A stretch of DNA of 64,000 nt, from the NCBI GenBank assembly GCA_050246035.1, contig JBFWWT010000005.1, positions 16,575 to 80,574 of the forward strand, in the 5' to 3' direction. This document shows, in pieces, positions 18,698 through 27,806 of this stretch. The notes below the pieces were generated by a model. It worked only from the letters and a program-made list of their open reading frames with translations. It had not been told where the DNA came from and did not search any database. The DNA is from Burkholderiales bacterium. GTDB taxonomy: Bacteria; Pseudomonadota; Gammaproteobacteria; Burkholderiales; SG8-39. Position numbers and translations under genes: made by a program. Position 1 is the first letter of the stretch, and every line of letters begins with the position of its first letter.

Positions 18698-19674
18698 AGC
18701 GCGCGCTGCTCTCCCTGATCGCGCTTGCCGCGGCGCCGGCGCTCGCGCAGGCACCGTCCGACGCGGAGGTCGAAGCCACGCTCTCCGGCGTGGTGCGCGT
18801 GCAATCGCGCATCCTCGCCGACGCGCGCACCGCCGCGAGCCTCGGGCTGCGCCGCGAAGGCAGCGGCGTGCTGGTGCGCGAAGGCTACGTGCTCACCATC
18901 GGCTACCTCGTCGTCGAGGCCGAATCCATCGAGGTGACGGCGAGCGACGGGAAGTCCGCGCCGGCCACGCTTGCCGCCTACGACCATCAGACGGGCGTCG
19001 GGTTGCTGCGGCTCGTCGCGCCGCTCGCCGGCCGGCCGATGCCGTTCGGCGACTCGCGCGCGCTCGAGGAGCGCGACGCGGCCATGGTCGTCGGCGCGGG
19101 AGGCGCCGAGGCGGTGCATCTCGTGCAGGTGGCCTCGCGCCGGCCGTTCGCGGGGAGCTGGGAGTATCTGCTCGAGGCGCCGATCGTCACCTACCCACCG
19201 GTGCCCAACTGGTCCGGCGCCGCGCTGCTGAACGCGAAGGGGGAGCTCCTCGGCGTGGGCTCGCTCGTGCTGCCCGACGCGGGCGCCGACGACGCCCGTG
19301 TGCCCGGGAATCTCTTCGTGCCCATCGAGGTGGTCGCCCCGATCCTCGAGGACCTCGTCGCGCGCGGGCGCGCGGCGCGCCCCGCGCGGCCCTGGCTCGG
19401 CCTGAACCTGCAGGAGCTCCACGGCCGGCTGATCGTCGGGCGGCTCTCGCCCGAGGGCCCGGCCGAGCTCGCGGGCGTGCGCCCGGGCGACCTGCTCGTC
19501 GCGGTCGAGGGCGAGCGCGTCGGCTCGCTCGCCGAGTTCTACCGCAGGCTCTGGGCGCGCGGCGCGGCCGGCGCGGACGTGACGCTGCGCGTGCAGCGGG
19601 AAGGCGAAGCGCGGGAGCTCACCGTGCGCTCCATCGATCGCCTGGAGCACCTGCGCCGCCCGCGGGCGTACTGA
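18694..19674 (+). CDS. Exported trypsin-like (S1C) domain + PDZ protein
   Basis: Signal peptide, GSGV, LTIGYL, WSGAAL..GEL.G, RPWLG, PDZ. Confidence 0.82.
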   Translation: MKRALLSLIALAAAPALAQAPSDAEVEATLSGVVRVQSRILADARTAASLGLRREGSGVLVREGYVLTIGYLVVEAESIEVTASDGKSAPATLAAYDHQTGVGLLRLVAPLAGRPMPFGDSRALEERDAAMVVGAGGAEAVHLVQVASRRPFAGSWEYLLEAPIVTYPPVPNWSGAALLNAKGELLGVGSLVLPDAGADDARVPGNLFVPIEVVAPILEDLVARGRAARPARPWLGLNLQELHGRLIVGRLSPEGPAELAGVRPGDLLVAVEGERVGSLAEFYRRLWARGAAGADVTLRVQREGEARELTVRSIDRLEHLRRPRAY

Positions 19675-19724
19675 CGCCCCTAGCCGCTCGGTCGCGCAGG
19701 CGCTAGGATGCCAAGCCGAGGCCC

Positions 19725-19808
19725 ATGAAAGCGGTGAACGGGTTCACCAACTGCTGCGGGCGTGCGCCAGACCTCGTCCGCGACATCCTGCGCGCGCGCG
19801 GCCGGTGA
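19725..19808 (+). CDS. Putative 27-aa peptide MKAVNGFTNCCGRAPDLVRDILRARGR
   Basis: TAGGAT (19704), GAGG RBS, stop overlaps the next GTG (GTGA). Confidence 0.4.
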   Translation: MKAVNGFTNCCGRAPDLVRDILRARGR

Positions 19809-20026
19809 GCGAGCGGCCGCTGACCGACGAGGAGCGCGCGCAGATCGAGGCGCGGCTGCTCGCGCTGGAGACCGAGCACCACGACCTCGACGACGTCATC
19901 GCGCGCCTCGCCGCCGACCCCTTGCAGGACCAGCTGCAGCTCCGGCGCCTGAAGAAAAAGAAGCTCCTGCTGAAGGACCTGATCGCGCGGCTGCGCGACC
20001 GGCTGATTCCCGACATCGTCGCGTGA
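19805..20026 (+). CDS. YdcH/DUF465 coiled-coil protein
   Basis: EHHDLDDVI...DQLQLRRLKKKKLLLKD...PDIVA. Confidence 0.88.
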   Translation: MSERPLTDEERAQIEARLLALETEHHDLDDVIARLAADPLQDQLQLRRLKKKKLLLKDLIARLRDRLIPDIVA

Positions 20027-20478
20027 TCGCCCTCGTGCAGCGCGTGGCCGGGGCGCGCGTCGCCGTCGGCGGCGAGACCCTCGGCGCGGTCAACCGCGGA
20101 ATACTCGCGCTCGTCGGCGTGGAGCGGGGCGATTCCGGGCGCGAGGCCGAGCGCCTCGCCGAGCGCGTGCTCGGCTACCGCATCTTTCCGGACGACGAGG
20201 GGCGCATGAACCGCTCGCTCGCCGACATCGGCGGCGGGCTGCTCGTGGTGCCGCAGTTCACGCTCGCCGCGGACACGCGCAGCGGGACGCGCCCCGGATT
20301 CTCGACGGCCGCGGCGCCCGCGGACGGCGAGCGGCTGTTCGAGGCCTTCGTGCGCGCCTGCCGCGCGCGCCACGCCGAGGTGGCCACGGGCCGCTTCGGC
20401 GCGGACATGCAGGTCAGCCTCGTGAACGACGGCCCCGTGACGTTCTGGCTGCAGGCGGCGCCGCGTCCCGCGTCCTGA
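20023..20478 (+). CDS. dtd: D-aminoacyl-tRNA deacylase
   Basis: ALVQRV, RIF.D..GRMN, PQFTL, NDGPVT. Confidence 0.95.
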   Translation: MIALVQRVAGARVAVGGETLGAVNRGILALVGVERGDSGREAERLAERVLGYRIFPDDEGRMNRSLADIGGGLLVVPQFTLAADTRSGTRPGFSTAAAPADGERLFEAFVRACRARHAEVATGRFGADMQVSLVNDGPVTFWLQAAPRPAS

Positions 20479-20833
20479 AGCGCGCCGGCGCGACGACCTC
20501 GAGCATCTCGAGGTCCTTCGAATGCCGGATCTCGCGGTGGCGGATGCCGGGCGGCTGGTAGAAGCAGCTGCCTGCCTTCATGGTCACGCGACCGATGCCC
20601 TCGTACTCGAACACCGCCGAGCCCTTGATCACGTAGACGAACTGCACGTCGGTATCGTGCCGGTGCCACTGGCCGTGCGGCGCCTTGCCGGGGCGCGCGC
20701 GGATCACGTGCGCCACGACCTTGCCGCGCGTGGCGCGCCGGATGCCGAGGTCGCGGTACTCGAAGTAGTTGCGCAGGCCGCGGCGCACGAACTTCGACTT
20801 CGCGCGGTGGCTGACTGCAAATCGGCGGGTCAT
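20414..20833 (-). CDS. Cupin-domain protein
   Basis: WHRH, QPPGIRHRE; GGAGGAG RBS. Confidence 0.82.
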   Translation of the reverse strand: MTRRFAVSHRAKSKFVRRGLRNYFEYRDLGIRRATRGKVVAHVIRARPGKAPHGQWHRHDTDVQFVYVIKGSAVFEYEGIGRVTMKAGSCFYQPPGIRHREIRHSKDLEMLEVVAPARFRTRDAAPPAARTSRGRRSRG

Positions 20834-20879
20834 GGCTCCTCCCCGGGGCTTGTCGATTCGGTTTATCCTTGCGGCACCC

Positions 20880-21950
20880 ATGTTCGATCAATTCATCGGC
20901 GTCAAGCCGGTCGAGGAGCGCCATCGCTTCGACGTCGAGCGGCTCGCGCGGTACCTGCGCGGGAAGATAGACGATTGGCGCGGGCCGCTCAAGGTCGAGC
21001 AGTTCAAGGGCGGGCAGTCGAATCCCACCTACCGCATCACCGCGGGCGAGAGGCGCTACGCGCTGCGCCGCAAGCCGCCGGGCAAGCTCCTGCCGTCGGC
21101 GCACGCCGTGGACCGCGAGTACCGCGTGATCAAGGCGCTGCACGGCGTGGGCTTCCCGGTGGCGAAGCCCTGGGCGCTGTGTGAGGACGAGTCGGTCATC
21201 GGCACGATGTTCTACGTGATGGACTGCGTGGAGGGGCGCGTGCTCTGGGACCAGGCCCTGCCCGGTATGACGCGCGAAGCTCGCGGCGCCGTCTGGGACG
21301 AGTTGAATCGCGTGATCGCGCAGCTGCACGGCATCGACTACCGGGCCGTGGGGCTGGAGGACTTCGGCAAGCCGGGCGACTACATCGCGCGCCAGGTGTC
21401 GCGCTGGACCAAGCAGTACCGCGCCTCGGAGCTCGAGCGCATCGAGGAGATGGACCGCCTCATCGAATGGCTGCCGGCGAACATCCCGGCCGGAGACGAG
21501 ACCTGCATCGTGCACGGCGACTTCCGGCTCGACAACACGATCTTCCACCCTGGCGAGCCGCGCATCCTCGCCGTGCTCGACTGGGAGCTCTCGACCCTCG
21601 GGCATCCGCTCGCCGACTTCGCCTACCACTGCATGAGCTGGCACATCGCGCCGGGGAAGTTCCGCGGCATTGCGGGGCTCGACCTCGCGGCGCTCGGCAT
21701 CCCGGGCGAGCGCGAGTACATCGAGCGCTATTGCCGGCGCACGGGCCGCGCGGGCATCGAGCCTTCCACCTGGGACTACTACATGGCCTACAACCTGTTC
21801 CGCATCGCGGCGATCACGCAGGGCATCGCCAAGCGCGTGGTGGACGGCACCGCCGCGAGCGAATACGCGCGCGAGGCCGGCTCGCGCACGCGGCCGCTGG
21901 CGGAGCTGGGCTGGGCGCAGGTGGAGCGCATTCTGAAACGGGCTGCCTAG
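20880..21950 (+). CDS. APH-family phosphotransferase (ACAD10/11 N-terminal-like)
   Basis: GGQSNPTY, SAHAVDREY, HGDFRLDN, LDWELS. Confidence 0.9.
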   Translation: MFDQFIGVKPVEERHRFDVERLARYLRGKIDDWRGPLKVEQFKGGQSNPTYRITAGERRYALRRKPPGKLLPSAHAVDREYRVIKALHGVGFPVAKPWALCEDESVIGTMFYVMDCVEGRVLWDQALPGMTREARGAVWDELNRVIAQLHGIDYRAVGLEDFGKPGDYIARQVSRWTKQYRASELERIEEMDRLIEWLPANIPAGDETCIVHGDFRLDNTIFHPGEPRILAVLDWELSTLGHPLADFAYHCMSWHIAPGKFRGIAGLDLAALGIPGEREYIERYCRRTGRAGIEPSTWDYYMAYNLFRIAAITQGIAKRVVDGTAASEYAREAGSRTRPLAELGWAQVERILKRAA

Positions 21951-21959
21951 GAGAACGTC

Positions 21960-23204
21960 ATGGACTTCGAGTATTCGCCGCGCGTGCACGAGCTGAGGAA
22001 GAAGCTCATCGCCTTCATGGACGAGCACGTCTATCCGAACGAGGCCGCCTACCATGCGCATGTACGCGGCGACAAGCGCTGGACGCCGGTGCCGATCATC
22101 GAGGAGCTGAAGCCGAAGGCGCGCAAGGCCGGCCTGTGGAATCTCTTCCTGCCGCACTCCAAGCGCGCGCCCGAGGGTCTTTCCAACCTCGAGTACGCGC
22201 CGCTCTGCGAGATCATGGGACGCGTGTCCTGGTCGCCCGAGGTGTTCAACTGCTCCGCGCCCGACACCGGCAACATGGAGACGATCGAGCGCTACGGCAC
22301 CGAGGAGCAGAAGCAGCAGTGGCTCGAGCCGCTGCTCGCCGGCGAGATCCGCTCGGCGTTCCTGATGACCGAGCCGGCGGTGGCGAGCTCGGACGCGACC
22401 AACATCCAGATGCACATCAAGCGCGAGGGGAACGACTACGTTCTCAACGGGCGCAAGTGGTGGTCCTCCGGGGCGGGCGACCCGCGCTGCAAGGTCTACA
22501 TCGTCATGGGCAAGACCAACCCCGACAGCGCCTCGCGGCACAACCAGCAGTCGATGATCCTCGTGCCCGCGGGTACGCCCGGCATCAAGATCCTGCGCCA
22601 CCTGAGCGTCTTCGGCTACGACGATGCGCCGCACGGCCACATGGAGATCGAGTTCAAGGACGTGCGCGTGCCGGCCTCCAGCATCCTGCTCGGCGAGGGA
22701 CGCGGCTTCGAGATCGCGCAAGGGCGCCTCGGGCCCGGGCGCATCCACCACTGCATGCGCTCGATCGGCGCGGCCGAGCGCGCCCTGGAGATGATGTGCA
22801 AGCGCGCCACGCAGCGCGTCGCCTTCGGCCGCACGGTGGCCGAGCAGGGCGTGACGCGCGAGAGGATCGCCGAGGCGCGCATCATGATCGACTCGGCGCG
22901 CTTCCTCGTGCTGCATGCGGCCTGGAAGATGGACAAGGCGGGCAACAAGGAGGCGAGGAAGGAAATCGCCATGATCAAGGTGCTCGCGCCGAACATGGCC
23001 TGCAAGGTGATCGACTGGGCGATGCAGGTACACGGCGGCGGCGGCGTCTCGGACGACTTCGGCCTGGCCAACATGTACGCTCACCAGCGCACGCTGCGCT
23101 TCGCCGACGGCCCGGACGAGGTGCACCGCAACGCCATCGCCAAGCAGGAGATCGCCGAGCAGACCTCGGTGGCCGAGGCGCTCGCCAGCCGCAAGCGCGG
23201 CTGA
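21960..23204 (+). CDS. Acyl-CoA dehydrogenase (ACAD10/11-like)
   Basis: [42 protein letters not shown]. Confidence 0.92.
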   Translation: MDFEYSPRVHELRKKLIAFMDEHVYPNEAAYHAHVRGDKRWTPVPIIEELKPKARKAGLWNLFLPHSKRAPEGLSNLEYAPLCEIMGRVSWSPEVFNCSAPDTGNMETIERYGTEEQKQQWLEPLLAGEIRSAFLMTEPAVASSDATNIQMHIKREGNDYVLNGRKWWSSGAGDPRCKVYIVMGKTNPDSASRHNQQSMILVPAGTPGIKILRHLSVFGYDDAPHGHMEIEFKDVRVPASSILLGEGRGFEIAQGRLGPGRIHHCMRSIGAAERALEMMCKRATQRVAFGRTVAEQGVTRERIAEARIMIDSARFLVLHAAWKMDKAGNKEARKEIAMIKVLAPNMACKVIDWAMQVHGGGGVSDDFGLANMYAHQRTLRFADGPDEVHRNAIAKQEIAEQTSVAEALASRKRG

Positions 23205-23205
23205 C

Positions 23206-23976
23206 ATGCGGCTCGAGGACAAGGTCGTCGTCATTACGGGCGCCGCGAGCGGCATCGGCGCCGCCGCGGCGCGGCGCTTCGCGAAGGAAGGCGTCGCGGG
23301 CCTGGTGCTCGCCGACCTCGACGTCGCCCGCCTGCGCAAGGTGGCGGCCGAGGTGAACGGCCTCGCGCTGCCCTGCGACGTGTCCAGGGAGGCCGACATC
23401 CGCAACGTGGTCGCGCAGGCCGAGGCCGAGCACGGCCGCATCGACGTGTACTTCTCCAACGCGGGCGTGATCGCCCGCGGGGGCCTGGAGGCGCCCGACG
23501 AGGAGTGGGAGCGCAACTGGAAGATCCACGTCATGGCGCATGTCTGGTCGGCGCGCGCCGTGGTGGAAAAGATGGTGGCGCGCGGCGAGGGCTACTTCCT
23601 CGTCACGGCCTCCGCGGCCGGGCTGCTCAATATCGTCGAGTCGGCGACCTACGGCGTCACCAAGCACGGCGCCGTCGCCTTCGCCGAATGGCTGGCGATC
23701 GCCTACGGGCGCCGCGGGCTGCGCGTGTCCTGCCTCTGCCCGCAGGCGGTGATGACCGGCATGTACAAGGGCGACGGCGGCTCGGCGGGCGTGGACGGGG
23801 CGCTCAGCGCCGAGCAGGTCGCCGACGAGATCGTGCGCGTCATGGGCGAGGAGCGCTTTCTCGTCCTCCCGCACCCGAGCGTGCTCGAGTACCTGCGCGG
23901 GAAGACCGCCGACTACGATCGCTGGATCGGCGGCATGCAGAAGCTCTACGCGAAGCACATGGGAGGCAAGACGTGA
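23206..23976 (+). CDS. SDR oxidoreductase
   Basis: TGAASGIG, SNAG, YGVTK. Confidence 0.9.
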   Translation: MRLEDKVVVITGAASGIGAAAARRFAKEGVAGLVLADLDVARLRKVAAEVNGLALPCDVSREADIRNVVAQAEAEHGRIDVYFSNAGVIARGGLEAPDEEWERNWKIHVMAHVWSARAVVEKMVARGEGYFLVTASAAGLLNIVESATYGVTKHGAVAFAEWLAIAYGRRGLRVSCLCPQAVMTGMYKGDGGSAGVDGALSAEQVADEIVRVMGEERFLVLPHPSVLEYLRGKTADYDRWIGGMQKLYAKHMGGKT

Positions 23977-24620
23977 TCCGGCTCTGCGGCTTTCGCATCA
24001 GCAACTACCACAACAAGGTGCGCCTCGCGCTCCTCGAGAAGGGCATCGCCTTCGAGGAGGACGCGGGCGCGAAGCCCTCGCAGAAGCCCGAGTTCGTGGC
24101 GAAGAGCCCGATGGGCAAGGTGCCCTACCTCGAGGTGGACGGCGAGCGGCTCTGCGAGTCGAGCGTGATCCTCGAGTACCTGGAGGAGGCCTATCCGCAG
24201 AAGCCCCTGCTGCCGAAGGATCCGCTCGCGCGCGCCCGCGTGCGCGAGATCGTGGTGTTCCTCGAGCTGCACCTCGAGCTCGTCGTGCGCCGGCTCTACG
24301 GGGGGCTGTTCTTCGGCGGCAGCTTTTCCGACGAGACCAGGGCGCAGGTGGAAAAGGACGTCGCCAAGGGCGTGCGCGCGCTGAAGGCCGTGGCGAAGTT
24401 CGACCCCTGCATCGCCGGCAAGGACCTGACGATCGCCGACTGCGCGGCGTTCGCGCACCTGCCGCTCGTGAGCCTCGCCACCAAGATGGCCTACGGGCGC
24501 GACGCGCTCGAGGACATTCCCCAGGTGAAGCCCTATCTCAAGATGCTCGGCGAGCGGCCCGCGTTCGCCCAAGTGAACGAGGACCGCAAGGCGGCGCAGG
24601 CGGCCGCCGCGAAAAAGTGA
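23973..24620 (+). CDS. Glutathione S-transferase
   Basis: SNYHNKV, SPMGKVP, ES..I.EYL. Confidence 0.9.
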   Translation: MIRLCGFRISNYHNKVRLALLEKGIAFEEDAGAKPSQKPEFVAKSPMGKVPYLEVDGERLCESSVILEYLEEAYPQKPLLPKDPLARARVREIVVFLELHLELVVRRLYGGLFFGGSFSDETRAQVEKDVAKGVRALKAVAKFDPCIAGKDLTIADCAAFAHLPLVSLATKMAYGRDALEDIPQVKPYLKMLGERPAFAQVNEDRKAAQAAAAKK

Positions 24621-25246
24621 GCGGGCTCGCCGAGTACCTGCGCTTCGTCGTCACGCTCACGGCGGTCGTCGATCCGTTCCTCGCCATCCCGTTCTTCCTG
24701 TCGTTCACCGCGTCGCACGACGACGCGGCGCGGCGCCGTCTCGCGCGCACCGTCGGGCTCACGGTGCTCATCGTCCTCGCGATGTCCGCCTTCGTCGGCG
24801 AGGCGCTGCTCGAGCTGATCGGCGCGAGCCTCCCGGCCTTCCGCGTCGGCGGCGGCCTCGTGCTGCTGCTCATGGCGCTCGCCATGTTGAACGCGCAAGC
24901 CGGCGGCGTGCGCCAGTCGAAGGCCGAGGCCGCCGAGATGGAGGAGGGCGAGCTGAGCGGCGTCGTGCCGCTCGCCATTCCGCTGCTCGCGGGGCCGGGC
25001 GCGATCAGCACGACGATCATCGCCGCCGAGGGCGGCGGGATCGCTCACCGGGTGCTGATCGTCGGCTGCATCGCGATCGTGTGCGCCGTGGTCTGGCTCG
25101 CGCTGCGCGCGGCGCACCGCGTGGCCGCGCGCATGGGCACGACCGGCATGAACGTCGCCACGCGGATTCTCGGGCTGCTGCTTGCCGCCATGGCAGTGCA
25201 GACCATGGCGGTGGGGTTGAAGCAGTTGTTTCCGGGACTCGCCTAG
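24617..25246 (+). CDS. MarC-family membrane protein
   Basis: VVDP, FRVGGG, PLAIPLLAGPGAI, RILGLLL. Confidence 0.92.
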   Translation: MSGLAEYLRFVVTLTAVVDPFLAIPFFLSFTASHDDAARRRLARTVGLTVLIVLAMSAFVGEALLELIGASLPAFRVGGGLVLLLMALAMLNAQAGGVRQSKAEAAEMEEGELSGVVPLAIPLLAGPGAISTTIIAAEGGGIAHRVLIVGCIAIVCAVVWLALRAAHRVAARMGTTGMNVATRILGLLLAAMAVQTMAVGLKQLFPGLA

Positions 25247-26457
25247 GAAGGGGGGCGGTAGGCGGTTAGCTCCACAACGTCGTCGTTGACCATTTGGTCG
25301 CGAGTGGAATAGGCCCCGGACCAGGCCTTGTGCTCCAGTCGGACGAAGCGCTTAGCGTCGGGTGCATACCAGACCACCAGGCTGAATCGACCGATGGCGC
25401 CGATCTGATTGCCGATGATTTCGCGCTGGCCATTGATGCGCAGCTTGAGCGCTCGAAAGCTTCCCGCGGGCACCTGGATCTGCTCCCACTCATCGGCGTA
25501 GAACGTGGTCTTCCATGGCGTGAATCCCGTTCCTCCTGTCGGGTAGCCGTCCACGGCGGCGACGTCGGCGGGCGGTGCGCCGCCCGTCGCAACGAGCGGG
25601 TACGTGAGCAACTCGATCATTGCCGAGTCGGCCCCCAGCGCCTGATCGGCCACGCGTATCTGACGAGCGGGCGCGATGCGAGTCGCGCTCGTGCCGCCTT
25701 GTGTTCCCAGCGTGATCGATTCTTCGACGAAATCCGCGCTGGTCCGCAGAACACGGATCGTCACGGCAGTCTTCCTGCGAGCGAAGAGCTGTCCCACATG
25801 CTCGTACTGCCATACGGTCCCGACCGCAGGCAACGCCGTGGCGGGCACGGCCGCGGCAGTCACGACGATTCCTGCGTCCGTCCGCGCGGCAGGCGGCGGC
25901 GGGCTCGGCGCTACGGTTGGCCCCGCTCGGTTGACGTAGGCTCGAAACCGCTCGTCGGCCAGCAAGCGCGCGACGGCGCGAACCAGGGCACCGTCCACCG
26001 CCCGCCAGGCGGAGCTCGCGTTGTCCGACTCCTGTATCGAGCTCTTCGTCCCGTCGCCGTACTCGGCATCCAGCGTGAGCGAGGCCGGAATGAGAAAGGC
26101 GCCCGGCGCAGCTTGCGCGCTGTGTACCTTCAGGAGGATGGTCTTGGGCGACGGTCCCGTCTGGATGCCCACCTTGCGCAGCTCGCGTGCGAGCAACGTA
26201 ATGGCCGTGCGCGTGTATTGGCGGAGGTCGCCGACCCAGCCGGGTCCGCCGAGAAACAGCTTCGCCTCGGTCTCGACTTTGTATGCGTTGACCAGGTCGA
26301 CGGTCTGCTGGCTTGTGAGCTTGGGCGGTGCCTCCAACGGAACCTCGAAGGCATCGGGATTGGACTGAATCTGGATCGGGGCGCAACCCGTCCCCAAGCC
26401 GAGCATGCAAGCGAAGGCGAACGCTCTGCCCATCACCACATACGCCGAATGCCGCAT
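25243..26457 (-). CDS. Hypothetical two-domain lipoprotein with atypical codon usage
   Basis: Lipobox-like LGTGC, Pro-rich linker, C-terminal VPAGSF...VWYAP beta domain; GGAGG RBS. Confidence 0.72.
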   Translation of the reverse strand: MRHSAYVVMGRAFAFACMLGLGTGCAPIQIQSNPDAFEVPLEAPPKLTSQQTVDLVNAYKVETEAKLFLGGPGWVGDLRQYTRTAITLLARELRKVGIQTGPSPKTILLKVHSAQAAPGAFLIPASLTLDAEYGDGTKSSIQESDNASSAWRAVDGALVRAVARLLADERFRAYVNRAGPTVAPSPPPPAARTDAGIVVTAAAVPATALPAVGTVWQYEHVGQLFARRKTAVTIRVLRTSADFVEESITLGTQGGTSATRIAPARQIRVADQALGADSAMIELLTYPLVATGGAPPADVAAVDGYPTGGTGFTPWKTTFYADEWEQIQVPAGSFRALKLRINGQREIIGNQIGAIGRFSLVVWYAPDAKRFVRLEHKAWSGAYSTRDQMVNDDVVELTAYRPPS

Positions 26458-26498
26458 GGCACCTCCCTTGGCGCTCTGGACGCGACTACGTGAATAGC

Positions 26499-26527
26499 AG
26501 TATGCGCGTCCCTGGAGTGGTCGCCAA
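26499..26527 (-). promoter_or_regulatory. Putative sigma70 promoter of the lipoprotein gene
   Basis: TTGGCG-17-CATACT on the - strand. Confidence 0.45.
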
Positions 26528-26547
26528 TCCCCTGCCTGCGTTGGGGA

Positions 26548-27390
26548 TCAGCAAGCCTCGAGCCAATCGGCGGCGTCCCCCCACAGCGTCCCCCGAAACC
26601 GCTCCCGGAAAAACCCGAAATGCCCGATGCGCCCGCCGTGCGCGGCCGGGTCCACGGCCACGATCTCGCCGGGAGATGACGCGTACTCCCGCAGGATCGC
26701 CTCCGTCGCCGCGCGCGGCGCATAGCCATCATCGGTGATCCAGTAGCTTCGTATGGGGGCGGCAAGCCCGCGATACCCCGGCGCCCCGGTCACGCCCGGC
26801 GCATAGCGCGGGTGCCGGCACCAGCTCGCCCACTCGCGCGCGACGCCCCCGGGCAGGTCCTCGCCCTGGCCGAACACGGACGCCGGCACGTAGCCGAAGA
26901 GCCGAGAGATTCCGGGCAGCAATACATGGGTGAGGAGCCACATGCCGGTGCGGCCGGGGCCGCTCCAGTGGCGCCAATACCCGCTCTGTACGCCGACGAA
27001 CACGACGCCCGAGAGGCGCTCGATTCCTTGCGCAAGGCCGAGGCCGTTGCCGCCGAAGCTATGGGCCACGACGAAAAGCCGCGCATCCGGCGCGGCGCGC
27101 GCAAGCATCTCCAGCGCCGCCGACGTGTCGAGCTCCATCCAGTCGCGAATGCGGGCCTTGCTGTGCCGAACAGGTTCGCGGCGCGACAGACCGATGCCGC
27201 GATAATCGAAGGTGAGGACCGTGAACCCGCGCTCAGCCAGGTACGCGGCAAAAGCGCCATAGAACTGCTGGCGCACGCCGACGGCGCCGTTGAAGAGCAC
27301 CGCGCGGCGGTTGGCCGTATGCGGCCGGTACAGCGTGCCCGCGAGGCGATAGCCGTCGCGGGCGGCAAACTCGACCGCCTCCCCGCTCAC
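26548..27390 (-). CDS. Alpha/beta hydrolase
   Basis: FDYRGIG, AHSFGG, DD.YAP, GHFGFF. Confidence 0.88.
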   Translation of the reverse strand: MSGEAVEFAARDGYRLAGTLYRPHTANRRAVLFNGAVGVRQQFYGAFAAYLAERGFTVLTFDYRGIGLSRREPVRHSKARIRDWMELDTSAALEMLARAAPDARLFVVAHSFGGNGLGLAQGIERLSGVVFVGVQSGYWRHWSGPGRTGMWLLTHVLLPGISRLFGYVPASVFGQGEDLPGGVAREWASWCRHPRYAPGVTGAPGYRGLAAPIRSYWITDDGYAPRAATEAILREYASSPGEIVAVDPAAHGGRIGHFGFFRERFRGTLWGDAADWLEAC

Positions 27391-27806
27391 TTCGGCACGG
27401 GGCGCGGGCGGCCGTTCGCGTCGATGGCGACGTAGGTGAGGGTCGCCTCGGTGACCTTGACGATGCGCGCGTCGGCGCGTCCGCGCTCGGCGAACACCTC
27501 GACGTTCACCGTGATGGAGGTGCTGCCGATGCGCGTGACGTCCGCGTAGAGCGAGAGGATGTCGCCGATCTGCACGGGCTGCTTGAAGACGAAGGAGTTC
27601 ACCGAGACCGTGGCGACGCGACCGCGCGCGACGCGCCCGGCCACCGTCCCGCCGGCCACGTCCACCTGCGCCATGATCCAGCCGCCGAAGATGTCGCCGT
27701 TGTGGTTGGCGTCGGCCGGCATGGGCACGACGCGCAGCGCCGGCACCTTGCCCTTGGGGAGCTGCAGGCCCGGCGGCTGGTGCGAAGCGCGGCCGCGGCC
27801 GCTCAC
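27387..27806 (-). CDS. Acyl-CoA thioesterase (YciA-like hotdog fold)
   Basis: MPADAN.NGDIFGGWIM..VD, G.TSI, TYVAID. Confidence 0.9.
   Translation of the reverse strand: MSGRGRASHQPPGLQLPKGKVPALRVVPMPADANHNGDIFGGWIMAQVDVAGGTVAGRVARGRVATVSVNSFVFKQPVQIGDILSLYADVTRIGSTSITVNVEVFAERGRADARIVKVTEATLTYVAIDANGRPRPVPK

Noticed and set aside
20175-23534. 1119-aa antisense ORF and the many other long Arg/Ala/Gly-rich ORFs in the track
   Set aside because: Shadow frames of real high-GC genes; no motifs
26458-26548. attC site or riboswitch upstream of the atypical lipoprotein
   Set aside because: No RYYYAAC/GTTRRRY ends or aptamer consensus; short GC stems are expected by chance
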